From contig NC_043002.1 in assembly GCF_006345805.1 (NCBI RefSeq), positions 64,852,001 through 64,916,000 on the forward strand: a stretch of DNA of 64,000 nucleotides, in the 5' to 3' direction. Below are positions 1-13,895 of the stretch, one piece after another (within the stretch, counting starts at the first letter, position 1; each line of letters opens with the position of its first letter). Position numbers and translations under genes: made by a program. The notes beneath the pieces were generated by a model, which was given only the letters and a program-made list of their open reading frames with translations, was not told the DNA's origin and did no database searches. The stretch is from Octopus sinensis (lineage: Eukaryota).

Positions 1-79
1 TGTTGGAAATTGAGTGTGTGAAAATAGATTGGAAATTAAAGAAATGTGCTATCGAACTGGTGCTAATTGGAAGTATGTA

Positions 80-88
80 TGTATATTT

Positions 89-123
<35 letters not shown>

Positions 124-190
124 TATGTGTTTGTATGTATGTGTGCGTGTATGTATGTGTGTATGTGCACACGCGCGTGTGTGTGTGTGA
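80..190. repeat. (TG)n/(TATG)n microsatellite
   Basis: Direct dinucleotide/tetranucleotide runs; they explain the V/C/Y-rich ORFs at 3-261. Confidence 0.95.
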
Positions 191-889
191 CAATTTGTTC
201 AATTGAAAGTCGATCAATGCTAATAATGAATTACCTTGCAATTAAACTGGTTTCTAAATAAATAAGAAAATTTAATTATTAAAGACACGAAACTCTTCGT
301 GGCGAACGCAGAAGATCGAATATAGCAATTATGAAGGTTGTTGACGTCTATATGTAATAGCCGGATCGTTAGGCATAAGAAGATGGATTTAACGAGAAAG
401 AAAATTTATACATTCACTGATGTGTGCAGGAAGGAGACGAAATTGTGAGGAATATTGGGAATCTTATTCAAATGTTGGTAAAACAATATTTCTTTTGGCT
501 ATAACTAAATGGCCTGAAATTTCGGCGTAGGGGTTAGTTTTGTTCGACGTTGGAGAATGACAGTTAACAGTCGACACCGAGGAAATTTGAAATCAGAAGT
601 TAAAACGCAACCAAATTAATTGCAGGCCTGGCTATTGGCACCGGCGTGGCCATGTAGTAAGAAGTTTAATCCCAACCACATGGTTCTGGTTTCAGACCAT
701 TGAGAGTCACTTTGAGCAAATGTGCTCTACAATATTTTTGATCCAACCAACCCTCGTCAGTTTACACACAAATATATGTAAATATCTTAATTTCTAGAAA
801 TGCTGTTACTGATCTGTATCCTCTTTCACTTTACTGACAACTATCTATCTATCCCAAATCAAAATAACCAACAAGGATATCCAGAGGTA

Positions 890-929
890 ATGCAGTACGA
901 TCGTTTCATGCAACTCATCTTCATTGAAC
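890..929 (-). ncRNA. Degenerate minimal type I hammerhead (family E, GAAAC-GAUC-GUA)
   Basis: The minus strand reads ATGAAGA-TGAGTTGCAT-GAAACGATCGTA-CTGCA, with a palindromic stem III (ACGATCGT). The core C3U4 and the 5' strand of stem I are decayed. The downstream sequence recurs at 6091-6144. Confidence 0.4.
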
Positions 930-1541
930 AATGCTATCATTACATCAATTTAAATGCACAGCAATCTTTAGCTGCACAAAGACATAGAATTTAATTAAAT
1001 TAAAACAAATGGGCACATTAGTATAATTATACATAAAATCTCCAAGAAGTTAAAGAGATAGACAAAGAACATGCTGTCTTCACTCCAGCATAGAAGCTAT
1101 TAAGGTATCAAGAAGATGTACATTGTTACAGACTTTGTCTGTCACTGATTTTCTTTGTTTTTAGGGGGTCAGTTTTAATTTATAGACTAGTTTATCGAAT
1201 ACTTGTATATCTAAGGCTGAGAGAACAAAAGGGCTGGGCTGAGGGAGCAGACTGAAATCATAGTTAATATAGTCATAAAAATCAAGATTTATTAGAAACA
1301 CTATCATGAGGTTTGGTAAAGGAAAACTTAAAACACGATGTTAGCTGACAATTAAGGGGGTCACCCACTAGCAGACTATTGATAATGAAAAAAGTGGAAG
1401 TCTTAACACATAGAACTATAGTTAAAATATTTTAAACAATGTTGCTATATTGTACACAGTTAAAGTTTGGGGCTATTCAGAGGATTATTACGAAGAATAT
1501 TATAACAAAATATAGAAATTTTTAATAATTTTGAGTATGTA

Positions 1542-1765
1542 GAGGCGCAATGGCCTAGTGGTTAGGGCAGCGGACTCGCGGTCGCAGGATCGCGGTTTCG
1601 ATTCTCAGACTGGGCGTTGTGTGTGTTTATTGAGCGAAAACACCTAAAAGCTCTACGAGGCTCCGGCAGGGGGTGGTGATCCCTGCTGTACTCTTTCACC
1701 ACAATGGCGGTGCCCCAGCATGGCCACAGCTCAAGAGCTGAAACTGGAAAAACAAAAAACAAACA
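1542..1765 (+). mobile_element. tRNA-derived SINE (family S1 head plus short tail)
   Basis: A-box-like TGGCCTAGTGG and B-box-like GTTTCGATTC. The same head recurs at 22131, 32353-32592 and 55483-55788. Confidence 0.8.
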
Positions 1766-2249
1766 ATATACCAAAATTTTACCACAATAGATGGAGGAAA
1801 AGAAATTATCCAGAAATAGTTTAAATTTATATATATTGATTAATTTGTTTAGACTGGAATTAATAAAGGAGTATTGAGGTAAAAGAACATGCTAATTATA
1901 TATTAATAAAATTATAATCTAAACAGTTTTATATAAGTAGTGAATATACCAGTATAGTTTTATATACGCTAAGTATGAATTTATAGAGATACACAAATTA
2001 GATTAATTTTATAAATAAATAAAGGCTTATTATAAAATAAGGAAATAAAATAATCAAGTATGGCAGAATACCAAGAAAAAGAAACTAAAATAGCTTAATC
2101 ACTAAAACCATGATATGTAGCTTATTAACACCAACAGAGAAGAGTTTTAGAAAATGAATAATAATTCAAAATATATTTGACTAAAAAATATATATTAACT
2201 TATTTAGCTAATATCAATAAAAGACTGATGTCTGGTATCACCTAAAGGA

Positions 2250-2403
2250 AGTTACAATCTCCTTGATAATTTCCTGCGGGAGGAGTTCAAAAATCAAACC
2301 GATGCTGAAAGTGTCTTCATATTGTTGTGTTACCGGAATAAACAAACTTGTAACTCGTTGGCAAAAGTGTGTTCATTGTAATGGTGCTTACTTTGATGAA
2401 TAA
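2250..2403 (+). pseudogene. Mariner transposase C-terminal remnant
   Basis: NLLDNFLREEFKNQTDAESVF, then after a frameshift TGINKLVTRWQKCVHCNGAYFDE*, which matches the mariner C-terminal pattern (KL..RWQKC...NG.YF). Confidence 0.7.
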
Positions 2404-2764
2404 AATTTCTGCATTGTTGAAATACATATTATGATGAATTCCATGTTTGAAAACGTTGCTTACTTCTTACTCAACTTGATATAAAATTCATATAAAGGAG
2501 AATTAGAAATCCCACAAAATGTGACCAGGGTGTTAGGAAACGCCTATATTACTATAACCAAGAGGTGAGCTGGTCTAGTGATGTAGTTAATGTACACGAA
2601 TAAAACCTGTACAGTAACGGCAAAGGAAATTGCCGAAACTGATCCTTCACTATTAAGAATACTCGATCGGCAATTTTCGGACGATTATCGTCCCTGTTAA
2701 TGTATGTTTTCATTCATGTGCATTAACTGCAGCATTAGAGCGGTTTAGATCTTATTTCTAGTCG

Positions 2765-2817
<53 letters not shown>

Positions 2818-2824
2818 TCACACG

Positions 2825-2860
<36 letters not shown>

Positions 2861-2874
2861 CATGCATACATTAT

Positions 2875-3266
2875 TTTACACTCTTTTACTTGTTACAGTC
2901 ATTTGACTGCGGCCAAGCTGGACCACCGCCGTTAGTCGAGCACATCGACCCCAGGACGTATTCTTTGTAAGCCTAGTACTTATTCTATCGGCCTCTTTTG
3001 CCGAACCGCTAAGTTACGGGGGCGTAAACACACCAGCATCGGCTGTCAAGCAACCGATGTTGGGGGGACAAACATGTACACATATATACATATACATATA
3101 TGCGACGGGCTTCTTTCAGTTTCCGTATATCAAATCCACTCACAAGACTTTGTTCGGCCGGAGGCTATAGTAGAAGACACTAGCCCGAGTTTCCACGCAG
3201 TGGGACTGAACCCGGAACCATGTGGTTGGTAAGGAAGCTACTAACCACACAGCAACTCCTGCGCCT
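2875..3266 (-). mobile_element. tRNA-derived SINE family S2 (internal microsatellite, AAAGAGT-type tail)
   Basis: tRNA-like head on the minus strand (GGAGTTGCTGTGTGG...GGTTCAGTCCC). Near-identical copies lie at 7752-8331, 16580-16767 and 58566-58918. Confidence 0.85.
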
Positions 3267-3414
3267 ATGTGTGTGTATTCTTTTATGAATATATGACTAT
3301 GCGTCTGCGTGTATGGCTGTATGTAGTTGGGAGGAGTGTGTATATATTTGTAAGTGAGATAGATGAATACATGTATTATGTGTAGAATATGGGTGATTTT
3401 TGTTATGTATAGAC

Positions 3415-3640
3415 CTTCAATAGAAGCAATCAATGCCGAATAGTTGGTGAATCCAGCTCGTAAACCTTTCGTTCCAGCACTTTTCGGTGTGTCCTCAGAG
3501 TTGGAATTCGAGTAAATTCTCTTACAAAGTGCCATGCTGTATTAAAGTGTTGACTGTGCGTTCAAGAATGTTAGACGCATTAGGCATGATGATAATAGCC
3601 ATGTTCGGCCAAATGTGGAATCCAGCTTCCTAATTCTGCA
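3415..3640 (-). pseudogene. Possible highly decayed MULE-like transposase fragment
   Basis: Frame-shifted pieces FGRTW / AWHFVREFTRIPTLRTH / CWNERF / LIASIE loosely recall the MULE ...W......RTNN..E.W..RF motif. The similarity is weak. Confidence 0.2.
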
Positions 3641-6090
3641 CAATTGATGTTATTAGTGATACACAAGAAAGAAATATTAATTATTGTTTTCCAGCACTTT
3701 AGCATGTTGTTAAGTAGATCGATGCCTGAGTGTCGGTAGAACATGAAGCATGGAACAATGTTTGAAATAATTAAATCGGTAAACGGTTTACGGAAGAGGA
3801 GAATACCATAAAAAAAAACATTAAAAAAAGCCAAACACTAAGCAGGGTTAACGTTCAGGATTAAAATTCCCCCATCCCTTCTCATTATATAATATCCTAC
3901 TTTAATTCCTAAAATGAAGTATTTAATTAAATATTCTTAATTAAAAATTTAGATGTAATTGTTATTGTGAAAGAGTAAAACGGTACAAGTTAAGAAAAAT
4001 CATGTTCTTTGTAGAAGAAGATTGTGAGCTCTTTAGGAACATGATTCAGATAAATATGATCTGGCCGATGGCCGGAAAGTAGTGTAGCTAGAAAATATAT
4101 TTGATAAGAGACCGAAGGATTAAGAGAGAGAGGGTATGTCTGGGTAGTTGTGTGTAAAAAGATACATTATACAAAAGTAAGGAACTACCAATAACGGTAT
4201 AAACTGTGCTTGTCAGAGATGTTACTCGAAAATTTCCTGCGCTAGATTCGAGGAGAAAAATGCAGAAAGAGAGGTTACATAGACAGGGAGATAGGGAGAG
4301 AGTCAGATACACAGAGAGCGGAGAATACTCATAAACATAGACCCGGGCAGACCGGCTGAGAGAAACAAAAAAATTTTGCACGGATGAATATGAGGATTCC
4401 CTCTCGGTGATCGTACGATATTGAGAAAAGGATATAAAAGGATATATACAGAAATAGGGACATTTATCACAGTGTGACGAACGGAAAATATACTTAAGCG
4501 CATCTATGTCGGTTTCTGTGTGTGTTTGTGTGTTTGTGTGTGTGTGTGTGTACGTATGTATGTATGCATGTGTGTATGAATGTGTGTATGCATGCTTATG
4601 CATCGTAAGGAAAATTATAGGTGAAACAATTTTTCTGATTATATGTGTGTCTGTATGGATATATGTGTGCGCGCGTGTGTGAGGAGGTATGTGTGTTATG
4701 TGTGTGTTCATGTATACATATGTACACACACACACATATATATATATATGTATATGTATATATATACGTATCCGCGTACATATACGTACGTGTGCGTGTT
4801 TTGTTTATTCATTATTTTTTTTTAAAGTTTGAAAAAAATCTTGAGAATTATTGGTTGAAAGTTTTGAACTTTCAAAAGTTTTTACACTTAAACGATATTG
4901 GTCGGTGAGACAGAGTGAACTGCAAAGACAGGGAGTTGAAATCACGATCTGAGAAAATAATGGACAGAAAAAAATAAAGCGAATTGAAGAGATTTGAACG
5001 AGAGAGGGAGAGAATGAAAGTACTTGTTTAAAGAGAATGATAATGAGAATTATTTTCTGGTCTCATCTCCATAAGGAATTAATTTCATTACTGTGACAAA
5101 GCTAGTGTTTTTATGACCCTTGCACTTTAACCTCTTCACTGTGTAGATGAGAGCGAGACACGAACATAGAGTCAAGTCATGAATAATTTGATTGGCGTAT
5201 TTGGACGTGTTGTTGTTCGTGTGTGTGTGGGGGGCTTCATGTGGCTGAAAATTAAAAATGGTGTTTAATTTTTTTTTTAATCTGTAAGTAGCTCTACATA
5301 TAATTATAAAAACCCGTGAAACAATTCGTTGTAACTACCTTACAAAGTATAAAGTAGATACTTTGCAGAAACAGATATGTGTGTGTGTGTGTGTGTGTGT
5401 TTGAATGAATACATACATACAAATATACTTACATATATATGCGTATGTGTGTTTGTGTATAGATATAAGAAATATCACTTTTATCTAAGTACGTTTATTT
5501 ACAGTTTACACAAATATAAACAAATTATATAAGCATATACATACATAAATTTATGCATACATGCATATATGTATGTATAAAAACAAACATACGTCGTGAA
5601 CAAAGTATGGTTGAACTTGGAATCTTGGGCAGAGCATACAAATCCGAATTCATAAGCTACGAATGATCACGATATCGGGGCCTGTAAAATCTGCAACACA
5701 TCCACAAGATTTAAAGGATGACGAGCAAAATTTACACTAAAAATGAGAAATAGAAGATATGCATGCATAGATACATGCATACATACATACACGTATACAT
5801 ACATGCATATATATATATATATCTATATATATATATGCATACATACAGGCATATATACATACATGCATATTTACATAGAAACATAGATGCATAAATACAT
5901 TTATACTTACGTACATTCATACGTATGCATACAAACATATATACATGCACACATACATACGTAGATATATACATACATACATATATAGTAGATGAGTTTA
6001 GCAAATTTTAGATTCATATGAAAATGGTACTTAATTTGAGGCACCAGAATTTAGTACGGTATTATCCATACAATTTCAAAATAAGGTGGT

Positions 6091-6189
6091 TAAAATCAAA
6101 ATAAGCAACAAGGATATCCAGAGGTAATGCAGTACGATCGTTTCAAGAAACGATCGCACTGCATCACCTTGTTGCTTATTTTGATTTTA
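6091..6189. repeat. Fold-back inverted duplication of the family E hammerhead 3' half
   Basis: The arms pair around a 2-nt centre (cgtttc-aa-gaaacg). The right arm lacks 10 nt (atatccagag). Confidence 0.8.
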
Positions 6190-6935
6190 CATACGTATAT
6201 ATGTATATTCATATAGCTTTTTCACTGGTCTTAAGATTGCGTCGATCAGCGTATATATATGTATGTGCGTGTGTGGGGGTGATTCTGTTTTTCTATGAGT
6301 GTGTACGTGTGTGCGCGCGCGCACCCGCGTAATGTGTTTTTGCACATACACTTACACACGCAGGCTGAAATTTTAATAGAAGAGGCTTTTACCCAGAATC
6401 AGTAAATAAAACTAAAGCATGTATCCCAATGCCTATTACAAATGTACTAAACGGTGAAAAACTACGCCACTAATTGATTCCTATATATACAAATTATACT
6501 CGTCCTCTTGAGGCAAAATGTTAGGAAATCATATATGAACCTATCTTATTTAGTATTTTGATTTCTTATCATCTTTATTAACAATTGTTTGCATTTGCTT
6601 TTGCTCATACCGTCTGCAGTATATGTATGACTCGGCTGAAATTTTGGAATCGTTTCAGCATGCTAATGAAGATCTATGCAGGAAATATGATGACCGGATT
6701 CATTGTCCAGCATTCCTGTTATTAAGTAATTAATTACATGTGCAGTTGTTCTAATTACATTGTAATATAATAACTGCCCGCCAGTTTCTATCTTTTATCT
6801 CCCTGCCTATCTAATTGTCTATATTGGTATTTAAACGTGAAAGCTTGTTAGCAGGTATATTTCTGTCTCTGTGTAAATGCAAATACAAATAAACACACAC
6901 AGAGATACACAGATACGCATATAACACTGCATGTA

Positions 6936-6989
<54 letters not shown>

Positions 6990-7751
6990 ATATATACACA
7001 CACAAATACACATACATATATTTTTATATGTATATAAATTTATATATATTTACATATATGCATACATACATATATATATGTGTGTATATAAACATATATA
7101 GATATATATGTATGTATATGCGTATGGATGTTTAGATACACATATGTGTGATTGTGATCATGTATATATGCGTGCATATGCACACACGTATACACAATTT
7201 GAGTGTGCTGTGTGCGGGTGTCGCGTGTATACGCTGGAAATCGTTATAGCTTAATAGGCCATAACGATGCAGATAGACCATTAATTATCGAAGCATAACC
7301 ATAACAAAGATTTTAAAATGTTACCTTTGATATATATATATTTTAATTAGTCCTGATATTTCGGATGAAAAGCTCCTTTTCAAATATTTCATAAATAGTG
7401 GCAATTAGATTATGTTTCCACTTTGATGCGTCTCGCAGTCGTGGCGCTCATGGTATCATTCCCTTCAATTACAAAAATTTAAGGAATCTGAGGAGAAACG
7501 TCATGTATCATGATGGTACACCGTTTTTGAGTCATAGTTATCAAAATATTCATTGACATTCATTTAATCTCAGGCTCCGTCTTTTTATCATACAATATAT
7601 AGACCTCTGTGTGCCTGCGTGCGTGCGTGCGTGTGTGTGTGTGTGTGTGTGCGTGTGTGTGTGTGTGTGTGCAAACGAGTGTGCGATTTGCTTCATTACT
7701 CGCAATGCATGAATAATTTTACCTCGGATACATAGTAGTGTCTTCATTTTA

Positions 7752-8026
7752 TTTTACTCTTTACTCTTTTACATGTTTCAGTCATTTGACTGCGTTCGTG
7801 CTGGAGCACCGCCTTTAGTCGAGCAAATCGACCCCAGAACTTCATTTTTGTAAGCCTAGTACTTATTCTATCAGTCTTTTTCATCGAACCGCTAAGTTAC
7901 GGGGACGTAAACACACCAACATCGGTTGTCAAGTGATGGTGCGGGGACAAACACAGATATACAAACACACACACAGACACACACACACATAAATATATGT
8001 GTATATATATATTATATATATATATA

Positions 8027-8102
<76 letters not shown>

Positions 8103-8331
8103 TAAGGTATGTAGAAAAATACAACATGGACAAGAACATATAACTCTTAGAAGACGATACATATATATATACATACATATATACGACGGGCTTCTTTCAG
8201 TTTCCGTCTATCAAATCCCCTCGCAAGGCTTTCGTCGGCACGAGGTTATAGTAGAAGACAGTTGCCCAAGGTGCCACACACTGGGACTGTACCCGGAGCA
8301 ATCTACTTACCACACAGCCACTCCTGCGCCT
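7752..8331 (-). mobile_element. SINE family S2 with expanded internal (CA)/(TA) tract
   Basis: Colinear with 2875-3266 apart from a much longer internal microsatellite region. Confidence 0.85.
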
Positions 8332-8549
8332 ATTTATTTTCATAAAAATTAATAACATTGCTTTATATATATGATTCAGTTCTTTAAAAAGCGTTTCCTA
8401 TGTCAACCTCCGGTACTGACGTAGCAACTGGAGCTAGCTAGATATGCACGTGTTTGTCTGACGTTGTAACACACGCACATGTTGATGAATATTTGCATTT
8501 TAACCACTTCATTTTCATTTCTGTCGCATTATTTTTTTGATTCCTCACA

Positions 8550-8761
8550 CACATGTATGTATACAATACGCAGTTGATGAATATTTGCATTGTAACTGCT
8601 TCTATTTAATTTCTGACGCATTGTTTGTTGTTGGTTTTTTGGGGGGTTCCTGGGGAAAATACATGAATGTCACAGCTTCCTATATATTTTCAATCTTCAC
8701 TTTCCTCATAGAAACATGCTTGTAAGGATTTCTGTTATCTTTCTTCTAAGGATTTGTGTTA

Positions 8762-8838
<77 letters not shown>

Positions 8839-8856
8839 GATCTATCTATTTGTCTA

Positions 8857-8892
<36 letters not shown>

Positions 8893-8905
8893 TCTATTTG
8901 TCTGA

Positions 8906-8937
<32 letters not shown>

Positions 8938-9023
8938 TTATCTATATCGATATATATTTATATTCATCTAAATATATCTATCAATCTGTCTGTATATCTA
9001 TCTGTATGTATATTTATCTATCC

Positions 9024-9096
<73 letters not shown>

Positions 9097-10410
9097 AGCT
9101 ATCTACATATATCTGTCTTCCTATCTTCTCTCTCTCTCTCTCATCTATCTATCCAAGCTCTCTGTCTATATCTATCTATCTTTCTATCTATCTATCTAGC
9201 TAGCTATCTGGTTGTCTGTCTGGCTGTCCATCTATCTACGCCGTTATGTATACAATACGCCGTTGATGAATATTTACATATCTCCCGTTTCTATTTAATT
9301 TCAGTCACTTTGATCTTTTTCTCTTTCGTTCCTGGGGAAAATACATGAACGTCACAACTTCCTATATATTTTTACTCTTCACATTCTTCATAAAAACATA
9401 AATATTATTCTAAGGACTTCTGTTGACTTTCTTCAAAGGATCTCTGTTAATATCGTTCTCTCTCTCTATCTATCTATATCTATCGGATACATGAATAATT
9501 CCAACTATAATACAATAATCTCTTAAAGATTCCGCCGGTTACGACGACGAGGGTCCCAGCTGATACGATCAACGGAACAGCTTGCTCGTGAAATTAACGT
9601 GCAAATGGCTGAGCATTCCACAGACACGTGTACACTTAACGTAGTTCTCGGGGATAATCAGCGTGACACAGAGAGTGACAAGGCTGACCCTTTGAAATAC
9701 AAGTACAACTCATTTTTGCCAGCTGAGTGGACTGGAACAACGTGAAATAAAGTGTCTTGCTCAAGGACACAACGCGTCGCCGGGAATCGAACTCACAACC
9801 TTAAGATCATGAGCCGAATTCCCTAACCACTAAGCCACGCGCCCTCACAATACAATAATAATATGGTCTTCATTCATTCATGTTTTTTAAATAAATGGTA
9901 TTGTTTTCACTCTTGACGTTCTTTATAGAAATATTTTTCTAAGGATTTCTGTTGTCTTTCTTTGTTATAGTTCTGCTTTCTTATAGTTATGCTTAGATAA
10001 TTAATAGTATATCTGCATCGTTATGGCCTATTAAACTATATCTATCTAAATCTATATTTTTCTATCTATACTTTTGTATATCTATTTATCTATATCTATT
10101 TGTCTGTCTGTCTCTCTATCTATCTGTCTATATATCTATTGATCTATTGATCTATCTATCTTTCTATCTATCTATTTATCTTTCTAAGCTATCTATCTAT
10201 ATCTATCTGCCTATCTATATCTACATGTCTTCCTTTCTAGCTATCTGTTTACCTGTCTGTCTATCCATCTATCTACGCCCTTATGTTTACAATACGCCGT
10301 TGATGAATATTTACATTTCAGTCGTTTCTATTTCATTTCAGTTGCATTGTTTTTTGGGGTTCCTAGGGAAAATACATGAATGCCATAACTTCCGATATAT
10401 TTTTAGCTTC
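8550..10410. repeat. Diverged tandem triplication of a ~150-200 bp block separated by (TATC)n
   Basis: caatacgc(a/c)gttgatgaatattt...ttcct(g/a)gggaaaatacatgaa occurs near 8565, 9252 and 10290. Confidence 0.8.
9528..9848 (-). mobile_element. tRNA-derived SINE (family S4) with 11-bp target-site duplication
   Basis: Minus-strand head TGGCTTAGTGG...GTTCGATTCCC. AATACAATAAT flanks it at 9509-9519 and 9849-9859. Confidence 0.85.
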
Positions 10411-10678
10411 AAAATATCGTATTATTCTTCAATTTCATCACAGAACCATAACGATTTCTGGGACTGAAGAATTTATGACAGCAACATTCATTGTTTACAA
10501 TCTTCTATGCCCGTGTATTTCTGTATCCGTAAGTTACCATGCATAGAAAGATGGTGTCAAATTTGTCCCCATTGTCAAGGTCAACCAAAAGAATGTATTT
10601 GTCGAGGAAAAGAGAGATAGCTGAAAATAGTGCGTAATAGTGCCCTCTATATAATACACACACACACACACACACACA

Positions 10679-10721
<43 letters not shown>

Positions 10722-10798
10722 AATATATATATATACATACATATACTCGTCATCAGCGCACGGCAATCACCGGTCTTCGGATCGAGGACCGGTGATTG

Positions 10799-10844
10799 TC
10801 GTGTGCTGATGACGGGTAAATACTCAGAAACCGGGGTCCGTGCG
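10799..10844 (+). ncRNA. Minimal type I hammerhead (family D, GAAAC-CGGG-GUC), stem II partly decayed
   Basis: CTGATGA 10806-10812; stem II CGGGT-AAAT-ACTCA; GAAA 10827-10830; GTC 10836-10838; stem I CGTGTG/CGTGCG with G.U pairs. Confidence 0.55.
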
Positions 10845-11022
10845 TATCACGTCAGGTCGACGATGGGCAGGATGGTTTCCTTTCGCAAATACCGATAGGG
10901 CACAGAAAGTGTGCAAATAGCCAGCAGGAGATTTCTCCTGGGGGTACAAGCTAGAGTAACATCCACCTTTAGTGGTTACCCACATTTAGATGACAAATAT
11001 ATTTCACATTATATATATATAT

Positions 11023-11055
<33 letters not shown>

Positions 11056-11075
11056 AACATGCATATATATACATA

Positions 11076-11109
<34 letters not shown>

Positions 11110-11143
11110 AAACCATTTTTTTCGTAATGAGATAAAAAACCAG

Positions 11144-11191
11144 ATCTTACAGCTGTTTCCATGATATTTATTATATCCCTTCTTCGGAGAC
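11144..11191 (-). ncRNA. Minimal hammerhead remnant (family C, GAAAC-AGCU-GUA)
   Basis: The minus strand reads GTCT-CCGAAGA-AGGGATATAATAAATATCATG-GAAACAGCTGTA-AGAT. Stem III is palindromic (ACAGCTGT) and stem I is TCT/AGA. Confidence 0.5.
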
Positions 11192-11662
11192 GGTGTGAGA
11201 GAATAGTAAAGTAACAGTAAATTTAGATAGGATGCAAAATAGAGAGTAAGGTGGAGGAAAATATATGTGAGATATGTAGGGATATTGAATTTGTAGATCC
11301 ATTTTTAGGCAAAATGGTATACATGTAAGATTCCATATATATATATGTGTGTGGGTTTATGATAATTTATTTATTTAAGATGTACGTGCACAATTCTAAT
11401 TCATGTTCGCTCTTGTCGGCCCTACGCAAGGGAAGATGGCAAAAGCTGTATCTGGTATATTGTAGGGAAAGTTTTGAAATACGTACATCCATTTCTTTAA
11501 AAAAAAGGAACCTCTGATACCCACTCCAGCTGATCGACGATTTGAAATAAATAAAAAAGAGAAACTTTGATATATTGATGAAAGAAACATTTTCGGCTGC
11601 TGCATTGGCACATTTCTGTGCTTGAAACACCTCTCCACTCTTTCCCTCATGATTTCTCTCTG

Positions 11663-11724
<62 letters not shown>

Positions 11725-11837
11725 GTTTCTGTCTATCTGTCTCTCATTCTTTGTCTCCCTCCCTCTTTCTCTGCTTCTGTAAATATATATACATATATAT
11801 GCATATACATATACATATACATATATGTATATATATA

Positions 11838-11890
<53 letters not shown>

Positions 11891-11924
11891 GATATATATA
11901 TACATACATACATACATTTATACG

Positions 11925-11958
<34 letters not shown>

Positions 11959-11974
11959 TTTATAAGTATATATC

Positions 11975-12020
<46 letters not shown>

Positions 12021-12740
12021 GTGTGTGTGTGTATACATGCATATATATTTGCATGTATCTGTATTTATACATATACGTATGAATGTATATATCTATGTAT
12101 GTGTAGAGACAAACCTGTATTGAGAGAAAAGAAATATAGACGTTGAAAAGCAAAGATATCAACGCATGCAAAGTGTAAAGATTAAGCAATTTGCTGCAGA
12201 AACAAATTTCACGTAAGGGTTTGCATTCTCCCTTTTATCCATGTCTGTCCCTTTCGATAAAGCGCTGATGCAAGTTAATCTAATGTGGCACATTGTACAA
12301 ACTTGCTATATTCTATAGTCCGGATGTGGGATTCCAATACCCAAATCCTTGACGTAATGTTTTAAAGCATTTTTTTATATTTTGTTTCCTTGAAATTTTA
12401 GATTTATTTGCATGTTGATTAATATTGTTTACGAATCTTTAGCGCTTATGTTCTTAGTTCCTCCTATCGATCTATGTTTGTTTCTTTTCTTTTCTTGTTT
12501 CTTCGCGCAATTTTTCCCTTTCATTCTTGCATTTTCTTGGATTTGCACGATTGTGTGTGTGTGGGTATGCGTGTGTGTGACTGTCTGTGTATCTTATATG
12601 TTTGCTACATAAAAATTTTATTCTCAGTTTATAAGCAGGTTCCGTTTAGTGTTAGCTTAACGTCATATACGTGTGTGTGTTCGTGTATGTGTTGTGTTCG
12701 CGTGTGTGTATGTGTGTGTGTCTGTACATTGCATATATAT

Positions 12741-12788
<48 letters not shown>

Positions 12789-12797
12789 CATATAATA

Positions 12798-12855
<58 letters not shown>

Positions 12856-13861
12856 TATACATTATATACATTCATATTTATTTGTGTTTATGCATATATA
12901 TGTGATACACGTGGACTGATGGATGGATTATGGATGGATGGGTGGATGGATGGATGGATGGATAAACACTTATGAAGAATGTTCGGGAAATATATGAATT
13001 ATAATACTTACAATAACAATTATTCTTTCACAGTAATCAATTTTGCTTCCGCGCTACTACTGTCCGTACTGTATGCAAGTTCTCTCTGCAAAGGAAGGTT
13101 CTCAGTATCAGAGAAGCAAAGGAATATGTGAAGGAATTAATGATCCACATGACTGACCCGCAACCAGGTGGAACGGAAGAAACCAAAGACGAAGCAAAAT
13201 AAATGAAACACGAGCCAAATGAAATGGAATCACAGAACTGCATAACTGATGGAAAAGTAAGGCATTACATGGCAAATATTCTAAAGCCCAGTTATCCTAC
13301 AGTGGAGACAAATAGGGCACATCAGTGGCTGACTGCATCTATGTGGTTTGGATTTTGTGGTTCAAGAGAAACAATTCACCTTCACGCTGACTGTTTTATT
13401 TTGGACTCAAATTAATATTCTAATCACTCTCATAGACTCGGTGAGTTATATGTACTGGATTATGTAATCAGTTTCCACTCCAATGTGTGAATTATTGGTG
13501 AGAACATAAGTCTGCCGAAAATAGGCAGTCTGTAGAGTCATTGGGTTCTTCAATATTGAAAAGACGATATTCCTATACAATGAAAAACACTCAGGTGGAG
13601 TCTTAGGGGTCGTATAATAAAATCAAAGGTGTTGCAACGACGAACTCCAATGGGATTTAATGGAAACGTAATCCAAAGGTAGAGTAAAAAAATCCATGAC
13701 TAATTTAGAAGGGCGTCGAGCGTCCGTGTGAACATGCGATAAATAATAAATTCAAATAAACAATTAATTGAAATAAACAATCAATTCAAATAATCGAATA
13801 ATAAATTTAACAAGATGTTCACAAGGAATATATTAACCTGACGCTCAGTGAAAAGCAGATT

Positions 13862-13895
13862 TTTTGACGTTTCGAGAATAGATCTTCGTTGGAAA
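13862..13895 (-). ncRNA. Degenerate family F-like hammerhead remnant
   Basis: The minus strand reads CTTT-CCAACGA-AGATCTATTCTC-GAAACGTC-AAAA. Confidence 0.3.

Noticed and set aside
12192-12268. Minus-strand peptide [14 protein letters not shown] resembling a C2-domain motif
   Set aside because: The match is short, splice sites are weak, and there are no supporting neighbouring exons.
13060-13202. Protein-like stretch RKVLSIREAKEYVKELMIHMTDPQPGG...*
   Set aside because: I recognise no family and there is no convincing acceptor site.
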